From: Pyrolobus fumarii 1A
Lineage (GTDB): Archaea; Thermoproteota; Thermoprotei_A; Sulfolobales; Pyrodictiaceae
Direction: 5' to 3'
Length of the DNA stretch: 32,000 nt
Assembly: GCF_000223395.1 (NCBI RefSeq)
Contig: NC_015931.1
Location: 150,001-182,000 of the forward strand
Of the stretch, positions 16,741 to 23,867 are shown in pieces. The notes beneath the pieces are model-generated. The model did no database searches, was not told where the DNA came from, and saw only the letters and a program-made list of their open reading frames with translations. The position numbers were made by a program, and so were the translations under genes. The stretch's first letter is position 1. Each line of letters begins with the position of its first letter.

Positions 16741-17940
16741 ATGTATCTCACGCAGATAGAGGAACGGATGCTTAATGGAGAGTATGGTGAAGCTGTTCGC
16801 AAAGCTATGGAGATATTAGTTCGTATTGGTGAGGCGTTGGGAGCGCCAAGGTTAATCCCCGTAACTTCTGTCCATGTTTCTGGCATTTCTGTCAACAATA
16901 TTGGTGTTGAGGGGGTTGAGCTCATAGAATGGTTTGCGAGGAACGGTGCACGCGTGTTAGTCAAGAGAGCTACCATTAATCCAATGGGGTTCGATCTTGA
17001 TGGGATAATGCCCAGGGATAGCCGTGAATGGGCGCTTCAATTACGATTATTAAATGCGTTTAGGAACATGGGCTTCTCTACAATGGTGACGTGCACGCCT
17101 TATGATGCTGGTAATAGGCCTGGTCGTGGTGAGCACATTGCCTGGTCGGAGTCAAGCGCAGTTCTCTATGCTAATAGCGTACTTGGTGCACGTACGAATA
17201 GAGAAGGAGGTATAGTTGCGCTTGCGGCGGGGATAACTGGGCGTATCTATCTATGGGGGATGCACCTTGATGAGGAACGTATGCCGACTCACCTCATCCG
17301 CATTGTTGTGAAGGACGATGTGCGCAACGATCTCTATAGTGGTGTTGTTGGTGCTATTATAGGGTCTGTAGTAGACGGTATACCGTTGATAGACGAAGGA
17401 TATCGTGTTGACGAGGCTGGTGTTAGGAATCTGCTTGCTGCGGCTGGCGCTTGGGGCTCGTTGCCTCTCATATATCTGCCAGGCGTTACACCAGATTATC
17501 GTGATGCTCGTTCCCGCTGTGATACGTGTGAACGTTTGGAAATCGACGATCGCGAGATTAAAGATTTTATAGAGCGTGTGGGTGGTTACGCGGACGAGAA
17601 TGTAGATGCTATCTTTGTTGGATGCCCTCATGTTAACACGAGTGTACTAGACTATATCATGAATAAGTTGGAGAAGTGCGGCGGGACAAAAATACCGTTC
17701 TATGTTGCTGTCGGGGGTCATGTACCACGTGAGTATGTTGATAAAGGGCTTAGACTCAACATTAGAGTAGTACGTGGTACGTGCATGGTAGTTACTGAAC
17801 TTTCAAGGCTGGGCTTAGAAAGCATAGCAACAAACTCTATGAAAGCGGCTTTCTACCTTCCCCGTAGGCATGGTGTACAAGTTAAGCTGGGTGAACTAGA
17901 CAAGTTGGTATCAATAGCTTGTGGTGCGCATGGTGGTTAG
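16741..17940 (+). CDS. Aconitase X large subunit (DUF521), phosphomevalonate dehydratase large subunit
   Basis: MYLTQIEERMLNGEYGEAVRKAMEILVRIGEALGAPRLIPVTSVHVSG is the DUF521/AcnX N-terminal signature. 399 aa. Starts 2 nt after the UbiD-like stop. Confidence 0.8.
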   Translation: MYLTQIEERMLNGEYGEAVRKAMEILVRIGEALGAPRLIPVTSVHVSGISVNNIGVEGVELIEWFARNGARVLVKRATINPMGFDLDGIMPRDSREWALQLRLLNAFRNMGFSTMVTCTPYDAGNRPGRGEHIAWSESSAVLYANSVLGARTNREGGIVALAAGITGRIYLWGMHLDEERMPTHLIRIVVKDDVRNDLYSGVVGAIIGSVVDGIPLIDEGYRVDEAGVRNLLAAAGAWGSLPLIYLPGVTPDYRDARSRCDTCERLEIDDREIKDFIERVGGYADENVDAIFVGCPHVNTSVLDYIMNKLEKCGGTKIPFYVAVGGHVPREYVDKGLRLNIRVVRGTCMVVTELSRLGLESIATNSMKAAFYLPRRHGVQVKLGELDKLVSIACGAHGG

Positions 17941-17943
17941 AAC

Positions 17944-18345
17944 ATGATGACCCTAAAGGGGCGAGTCGTTGTGCCCGGAGTGGCACGAGGCAAATTGCTT
18001 GTCATTCCAGACAATGTAAGCTTCTATGGTGAGCTTGAGAAAAGAGACCTTAGTGGCAAGATTCTACTCGTTGAGGGTACGCGGGGCAGTACCGTAGCGC
18101 CTTACGTCATATACCGGATGTGTCGTCGAGGAGTTGCGCCCAACGCGCTGCTTATAGCGACGCGTGTAGAGCCGATGATAATAGCTGGAGCAGTTCTGGC
18201 AGAGCTGGTGCTGGTAGACTCGCTTGCAGAGTTAAACCCTGGTTTGAATCTACAAGCTCTTCAAGAGTATAACGGCGTTGATGTTGAAGTAGATGCTAAT
18301 AGCGCCTCATTAGCGCGTATTACGGTGCCAGCTATTCGCAGATAG
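17944..18345 (+). CDS. Aconitase X swivel-domain small subunit (DUF126), phosphomevalonate dehydratase small subunit
   Basis: LKGRVVVPGVARGKLLV...SFYG...GKILLVEGTRGSTVAPYVIY matches DUF126. 133 aa. Starts 3 nt after the large subunit stop. Confidence 0.8.
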   Translation: MMTLKGRVVVPGVARGKLLVIPDNVSFYGELEKRDLSGKILLVEGTRGSTVAPYVIYRMCRRGVAPNALLIATRVEPMIIAGAVLAELVLVDSLAELNPGLNLQALQEYNGVDVEVDANSASLARITVPAIRR

Positions 18346-18356
18346 AAACTATATTC
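18346..18356 (+). promoter_or_regulatory. Putative TATA box for the UPF0147 gene
   Basis: AAACTATATTC directly follows the operon stop, ~45 nt upstream of the ATG at 18398. A GGGTGAG Shine-Dalgarno-like element lies in the predicted leader. Confidence 0.3.
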
Positions 18357-18397
18357 TAGCTTGTCAAGTTTAACGGCTACACTATGGGTGAGTGCGT

Positions 18398-18670
18398 ATG
18401 GTGCAGGCTGTGTATGACAACGAGGCTAAGATAAGGCAGGCTACTATAATGCTTATGAGAGTAATTAACGATACCCATGTACCGAGAAACATTAGGCGTG
18501 CAGCAATGGAAGCAATAAAGCAGCTCAAAGACCCTACATTAAGCCCTGGCGTACGTGCTGCTAACGCTATAAGCATCCTTGATGAGATAAGCCAGGACCC
18601 AAACATGCCAGTTTACGTGCGTACAATAATTTGGAACGTAATCACCCTCTTAGAGACCGTGAAGGACTAA
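18398..18670 (+). CDS. UPF0147-family small helical (HEAT-like) protein
   Basis: ~90 aa. [16 protein letters not shown]...[20 protein letters not shown] resembles the UPF0147 family. ATG at 18398; the ORF is open from GTG 18392. Confidence 0.65.
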   Translation: MVQAVYDNEAKIRQATIMLMRVINDTHVPRNIRRAAMEAIKQLKDPTLSPGVRAANAISILDEISQDPNMPVYVRTIIWNVITLLETVKD

Positions 18671-18680
18671 AGCACAATTG

Positions 18681-18685
18681 TTTTT
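18681..18685 (+). terminator. Oligo-T tract after the UPF0147 gene
   Basis: A TTTTT run 11 nt after the stop codon. Confidence 0.3.
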
Positions 18686-18710
18686 GTTGGCATCGTGTGG
18701 GGCTTGAGTG

Positions 18711-20159
18711 ATGGATGTTCAGACTGGAATAACGCGGGTACGAGTACGGGGAATCTATGCTACTGCCTTAACGAAAATACTGTTAGATGAGGGTTTCCAA
18801 ATTGTACAAGCTTCTAATTTAATTGCTATGAGGTTTGGCTTGCCTCAGGTTCCTGCAGCAGCAGATGTAACTGTGAAGAGCATTGAGAATGAACCATCTC
18901 GGATACTTGTGATCGGGTTCCCAGTACATGCTGATCGCGTGGTTAAAGCACTATCAAAGTACATGCCGACATCGCCGTATTGGCGTTCAAAGCTAACCCT
19001 TTACTCGACTGTTGTTGGTCGTGTAAAGGGAGCTGAAAACGGTAAGTGTATTGTTGAGGTTGATGGTATAGAGCTTGAGCTTGTCAATAGTAGTGAAGAA
19101 TGCGAGCCTGAGAAATTTGTAATTGGATATGTAGTTAAGGCTCCGATATTCCCTGGGGAAAGAGGCAGGCTTGTTGAAGGTGTGAGAGTTGTTGGCGATT
19201 ATGCAATGGTCTATAAGAGTGCAAATGTCAAGGTGACGTTCAGTGAACACATATCGCGTGCTGATAGGCGCGCCCTGTTATCCTCGCTAGCTCTCGAGTA
19301 TACAAACAGGGGTATCGGTGTTCACTGGCGTAGCAGCGCTCGCGATGCAGAGGATAGCATACTAAGGGAGGAGCTTAAGAAGCTCGTTGAGAAACTTGCA
19401 AGTGTTGAGGAGAAAGCCAAACAGATGCTAGAGGAAGGTAGAACAGGTGTTGTCAGCGAGGGCGAGCGAATATACATATACGAGATTTCCAGTATTGACA
19501 AAAGGAGGCTTGACGATATTCGTGATTCCATACTTCCGACCATACCGTGGCATCATAGCATTAAAAGCCTGGGCGACGAGAAGCTCAACGTGATTGTGGA
19601 TTATGCGGAAAAGGTTCTTGAAATTGATAGAAGTGTACGCTCGAAACTACATGAGGGTCTCAAGCTTTACATAGTCGATCAGCTTCAGGGTAAGAGAGTG
19701 AGAGTTCACCACGTCAAACTTGATGGTAGTGTAGTAGAGCTTGGGGTAGCAACCGTACGTGAAGCTAGGATCGATAGTGGAGAAATAAGCTTGATACTCG
19801 AGAGGCATGTGAGAAGCTCCGGGGTATACGATGGTCTAGGTGTCGAGAAGGAGCCCGGTGATATAATAGAAACTAGCATAAGTACGTCTAGGTGGTACAT
19901 AACCCACAAATATATATCGAGAGATGGTAACCTAAAGGGAGTGTATATAAACATTAATACGCCACCAGAAATTGCCCCAGGATATGTGCGGTACATAGAC
20001 TTGTCTGTTGATGTTGTGAAGATGCCCGATGGAAGTGTGAAGATAATCGATGTAGAAGAGTTTAAAAAGTATGTTGAAGAGGGGGTTGTGCCGTCCGAGC
20101 TTGTCAACAGAGTTAAGGAGGTTGTGAGAGAGATTGCTGGCGTCGAACTGCAGATTTAG
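18711..20159 (+). CDS. fau-1: FAU-1 / RNase E-G-like RNA-binding protein (probable ribonuclease, C-terminal DUF402)
   Basis: N-terminus RVRVRGIYATALTKILLDEGFQIVQAS is typical of FAU-1. ~482 aa with an S1-like region and a C-terminal DUF402-like block (YINLNTPPE.., IDLSVDVV). Confidence 0.7.
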   Translation: MDVQTGITRVRVRGIYATALTKILLDEGFQIVQASNLIAMRFGLPQVPAAADVTVKSIENEPSRILVIGFPVHADRVVKALSKYMPTSPYWRSKLTLYSTVVGRVKGAENGKCIVEVDGIELELVNSSEECEPEKFVIGYVVKAPIFPGERGRLVEGVRVVGDYAMVYKSANVKVTFSEHISRADRRALLSSLALEYTNRGIGVHWRSSARDAEDSILREELKKLVEKLASVEEKAKQMLEEGRTGVVSEGERIYIYEISSIDKRRLDDIRDSILPTIPWHHSIKSLGDEKLNVIVDYAEKVLEIDRSVRSKLHEGLKLYIVDQLQGKRVRVHHVKLDGSVVELGVATVREARIDSGEISLILERHVRSSGVYDGLGVEKEPGDIIETSISTSRWYITHKYISRDGNLKGVYININTPPEIAPGYVRYIDLSVDVVKMPDGSVKIIDVEEFKKYVEEGVVPSELVNRVKEVVREIAGVELQI

Positions 20160-20622
20160 AGTATATCTTGTCGTCAGGGGTAAAGTGACAAGAGGTGTTG
20201 GAAAAGCCTCGAGATTCGTGACTGAGAATCTTTACAAGCGTTTGTTTCTCGACATTCTCGGCTGTGAGCCTTATCCGGGCACACTCAATGTGCAGATAAG
20301 CGATGAACTTGTGGTAAGAGCATATAAGACTATCATTGAGGAACTGGGGCCGTGTATGATCTATACTCCGAGAGACACTAGATATGGGCGCATACATCTT
20401 CTTGAAGCTTTAGTCTATGGTATCATACCGGGGATTATCGTTATACCGGAGCGCGGTGTTCACGATTATTCTCGTACTCTAGAAATTGTAGCATGTAGAA
20501 GAATTAGGGATATTGCTGAGTCCCTGAATAGTCTTGTCTATGTGGTTGTTGGTTGTGGTTTAATAAGGTGCTGGTATTTTTGGAGCAGAGCGATATTGAG
20601 CCTCAAAAGCTCAGGATTATAG
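20134..20622 (+). CDS. ribK: CTP-dependent riboflavin kinase (archaeal RibK)
   Basis: GKVTRGVGKASRFV...LGCEPYPGTLNVQI...GIIVIPER matches the MJ0056-type RibK. TTG start with AAGGAGGT 11 nt upstream. The non-conserved ~22 aa tail overlaps the convergent gene. Confidence 0.8.
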   Translation: MLASNCRFRVYLVVRGKVTRGVGKASRFVTENLYKRLFLDILGCEPYPGTLNVQISDELVVRAYKTIIEELGPCMIYTPRDTRYGRIHLLEALVYGIIPGIIVIPERGVHDYSRTLEIVACRRIRDIAESLNSLVYVVVGCGLIRCWYFWSRAILSLKSSGL

Positions 20623-21299
20623 TCTAGTCTAGTGTATCTCAAGTACTCGATTACTGTTGGGAGCGGGACATGTAGGGTGTTATAAGCACCTAATATATCG
20701 GTTAGTGTCGGTTCTAGTCTTTTGAGCTTCGACAGTTTATCTTGTATGATGCTACACTCGCCGGCAGTAGCTGCAAAAACGGGGTCAAAACCAAACGTCT
20801 TGCGGTATAGCGAGGCCAGGTCGGTTACAACGTGGAATTTACGCGAGGAGTATATCCTAATGCCCTTGTCGCCTATAAGGAGTATACAATCTTCTCTTCT
20901 GGCCTCACTTACCGGGTCAAGACTTCGTTTAATTATTACGCTCTCCCCTCCACATACGACACTTGCTAGGATACGCGCGAGAGAGTAAGATGCGATACTC
21001 TCGCTTGTAACAAGTAGACGTTTACATTCACATAGCTCGGTCCTGGCTACCCTAGAAGCTATGATAACGCTAGGGGAGAAGCCATCCGTGTATACCATTG
21101 GACCTATCCACACTTGTAGTTTGTACGTCACGATAAGCGGGAGGGGTGTAAGCCCGCAGAATACATTCCTGTACTTCTTTATGGCACCATGCGTCTCTGA
21201 TGGTTTAAGGAAGAGAAGACGTAATCCTACTCGTTTAGCTTTACGCACTAGTGGTATCAAGTGTGCGTAGGGTTGTAGAACGTATATCCCGGGCTCCAA
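20538..21299 (-). CDS. MqnA/MqnD-family (PF02621-like) futalosine-pathway enzyme
   Basis: TSESIASYSLARILA, LLIGDKGIRIY and VVTDLASLYRKTFGFDPVFAATAG follow the MqnA pattern (T.TS..LL, LLIGD.AL, DLGE.W...TGLPFVFA). Adjacent to two Mqn-type radical SAM genes. TTG start. MqnA and MqnD cannot be told apart by eye. Confidence 0.55.
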   Translation of the reverse strand: MEPGIYVLQPYAHLIPLVRKAKRVGLRLLFLKPSETHGAIKKYRNVFCGLTPLPLIVTYKLQVWIGPMVYTDGFSPSVIIASRVARTELCECKRLLVTSESIASYSLARILASVVCGGESVIIKRSLDPVSEARREDCILLIGDKGIRIYSSRKFHVVTDLASLYRKTFGFDPVFAATAGECSIIQDKLSKLKRLEPTLTDILGAYNTLHVPLPTVIEYLRYTRLDYNPELLRLNIALLQKYQHLIKPQPTTT

Positions 21300-22447
21300 G
21301 CTAGCCAGAGCGTCTCCCTCCAGAACTTTGCCCCCTTCGCCCGCCTACCTAAACACTCGTAGAAGGTGTTTCTCTCACATGGGACTAATCCCGCCTGGAC
21401 TATGATGTACTCTAGCTCGGTTGGATCGAGACCCCGGGTTATCTTGCCCTCTGTCGAGCCTATGACAGGTTCATTGTAGAAAGTACCGCCCAGATCATTG
21501 GCGCCTGCACGTAATGCTATGCTTGCGAGTCTCTTCCCTAGAGCTACCCAATAGGCTGTTATGTTACGAAGCTCACGTCCCAAAACAAGTCTTGATACAG
21601 CTATTATGCGGAGGTCATACAATGGTGATTGCTTCGCGGCTATGACTTCCTTGTACTTAGGGTTTTTAGCTAGTGCGGTGTTGCCCGGCCGCCACCTTAT
21701 CGGTATAAAGGAGATGAAACCTGCAGTTTCTCTTTGAATACGTAGCACGCTTAGCAAGTGTATTGCTATATGCTTAGGCTCCTCTATGTGTCCATATAAC
21801 ATTGTTACATTGGAGCGTATGCCTATACGGTGTGCCATCTTGTGTACTTCAAGGTAGGTGGTGGGGTCTGACTTATACGGTGTTATTATGCGTCGTATGT
21901 TCTCATCGAGTATCTCTGCTCCGCCGCCGGGCAGAGCGTCAAGGCCAGCCTCCTTCAACTCCCACAATAGCTGGTCTAGAGGCTCTCCTAGACGACGGGA
22001 GATGAAAACTAACTCCTCGGCTGTAAACGCTTTGACCGTTACGCCCGGTACTTGTCTCTTAATCTCCTTGACAAGGTTTAGGTAGTAATCAACGCTAATA
22101 TCGGGATTAAAGCCTCCAGTTACATGTACTTCCGTTATACCTTTTTCAATACGGAAACGCTTGACGATTTCCACTATCTTGTCTATCGGTAGAATGTAGG
22201 ATCTACTGGCATCCTGTGCGTGGAAATTGCATATGGGGCAGTGTGCTACGCAACGATTAGTATATGCAACATAGAGATTGACAACGTATGTTGCATTTTG
22301 ACCTACTATCTTCTCGCGGAGCTTGTCAGCTTGGTATAAGAGTTCGTGGAGGGGCTCAGTACTGAGAAGCTCCTCAACGAGTTTGGCGCTTATATGTTCT
22401 CCATTTAGGCTCCGCTCAATAACTTCACGCGCTACACTCTCTGACAC
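21257..22447 (-). CDS. Radical SAM enzyme of the MqnE/MqnC/CofH family (futalosine pathway)
   Basis: Cluster motif YTNRCVAHCPICNF (CxxxCxxC), GGFNP, LPGGGAEIL, MLYGHIE. 396 aa. GTG start. Confidence 0.75.
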   Translation of the reverse strand: MSESVAREVIERSLNGEHISAKLVEELLSTEPLHELLYQADKLREKIVGQNATYVVNLYVAYTNRCVAHCPICNFHAQDASRSYILPIDKIVEIVKRFRIEKGITEVHVTGGFNPDISVDYYLNLVKEIKRQVPGVTVKAFTAEELVFISRRLGEPLDQLLWELKEAGLDALPGGGAEILDENIRRIITPYKSDPTTYLEVHKMAHRIGIRSNVTMLYGHIEEPKHIAIHLLSVLRIQRETAGFISFIPIRWRPGNTALAKNPKYKEVIAAKQSPLYDLRIIAVSRLVLGRELRNITAYWVALGKRLASIALRAGANDLGGTFYNEPVIGSTEGKITRGLDPTELEYIIVQAGLVPCERNTFYECLGRRAKGAKFWRETLWLAWSPGYTFYNPTHT

Positions 22448-22551
22448 GGTACCGCTCCGTAAAGAGCCTACATTTTGCTAACAAGTATTTCCTTTTACGC
22501 GGTAAACAGTGTAGACCTAAGTTGGGGCCAAGGCTTTTGGTTAAAGACAGC

Positions 22552-23676
22552 ATGGATGCTGGTAAGTCGGTAGCTTACAAGGTATTTGAGAAAATGAAGG
22601 GTAGGCTTTCATATGTTGAAAGCGTAGAAAAGCTTCTACATGGAGAAGCTAATGTAAAAGCTATTGTTGATGCATTCCAGGAAGATCTTAACGTTATTGG
22701 TGCTTTAGCGAATATAATCACGGAGGGAGTAACCGGGCGCAGAGTGGGCTACATCATAAACATGATACTCAATTACACAAACGTGTGTACAGTTAGATGT
22801 AAATTCTGTGCTTTTCACGTAAAACCTGGCTCGCAGAAAGCGTTCACAATTACTCCTAGCGAGGCGGCGAAAATCGTTAGAGAGCATTATGAGCGTTTTA
22901 GGATACGTCAAGTGCTGGTTCAAGGTGGTGTTAACCCAGAGTTGCGTCTTGACTACTTTGTAGCTCTCTTCCGCGCTATAAAGGACGCTGTTAAGGGGCG
23001 TGTAGCGATTCACGGGTTGAGCCCGGTTGAGATAGAATGGCTTTCAAAGGTAGAGGGTGAGTCCATCAAAAGAATACTTGAGGAGTTGCGTAGTGCCGGG
23101 TTAGATAGTATACCGGGTGGGGGTGCTGAGATACTCGCGGAGCGTACTAGGCGTATATTGTCACCGCTTAAGGGTCTACATGATTCATGGTTGCGTGTGA
23201 TGTCTGAGGCTATGAAGCTAGGGATACCAATTAGTGCCACAATGATGTATGGGCACATAGAATCTCTAGCTGAGCGTGCCGAGCATCTTATCCGTATACT
23301 GGAGCTTCAACGCAAATATGGTAAGATAATGGCGTTTATAGCCTGGAATTACGAACCCGCTGCAGAGCTGAAAAAACTAATACCATATGCTGCTACTGGC
23401 ATTGAACACCTTCGTGTTATTGCTGTTGCTAGGTTGGTATTTCGCGACGAGATAAGGTTCATACAGGCTGGATGGCTAACAGCTGGGCGCGAAGTCGCAC
23501 AGCTTGCGTTATGGTATGGGGCCAATGATTGGGGTGGTAGCCTGTACAACGAGAAAGTGTTGCCAGCAGCTGGTGTAGAATTGCCACTGTTGGTCCGGGA
23601 GAGTATTGAGAGGATGATAAGAAGCGTGGGCCGCGAGCCATACGAGCGGGATAATTTCTACCGGCCCGTGAGGTAG
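22552..23676 (+). CDS. Radical SAM enzyme of the MqnC/MqnE/CofH family (futalosine pathway)
   Basis: YTNVCTVRCKFCAF (CxxxCxxC), QGGVNP, IPGGGAEIL, MMYGHIE. A paralog of the divergent neighbour. ATG at 22552; the ORF is open from TTG 22522. Confidence 0.75.
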   Translation: MDAGKSVAYKVFEKMKGRLSYVESVEKLLHGEANVKAIVDAFQEDLNVIGALANIITEGVTGRRVGYIINMILNYTNVCTVRCKFCAFHVKPGSQKAFTITPSEAAKIVREHYERFRIRQVLVQGGVNPELRLDYFVALFRAIKDAVKGRVAIHGLSPVEIEWLSKVEGESIKRILEELRSAGLDSIPGGGAEILAERTRRILSPLKGLHDSWLRVMSEAMKLGIPISATMMYGHIESLAERAEHLIRILELQRKYGKIMAFIAWNYEPAAELKKLIPYAATGIEHLRVIAVARLVFRDEIRFIQAGWLTAGREVAQLALWYGANDWGGSLYNEKVLPAAGVELPLLVRESIERMIRSVGREPYERDNFYRPVR

Positions 23677-23704
23677 CTTGCAGGAAGCATGTTGGTGGAG
23701 AATG

Positions 23705-23782
23705 TGGTGCCGCGGCCGGGATTTGAACCCGGGTCACGGGCTCGAAAGGCCCGCATACTTGACCGGGCTATACTACCGCGGC
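23705..23782 (-). tRNA. tRNA-Glu (anticodon UUC), CCA encoded, no intron
   Basis: The reverse complement folds as acceptor GCCGCGG/CCGCGGC, anticodon arm CGGGC-CTTTCGA-GCCCG and T arm CCGGG-TTCAAAT-CCCGG, with discriminator A and CCA. 78 nt. Confidence 0.9.
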
Positions 23783-23867
23783 TTTCCATTATCGTCCTGC
23801 CTCGCTAGGTTTCTAATACTTTACTAGGCCATCTTGTTTTTACCCTGGTATAACGCTTTAGTGTAGG

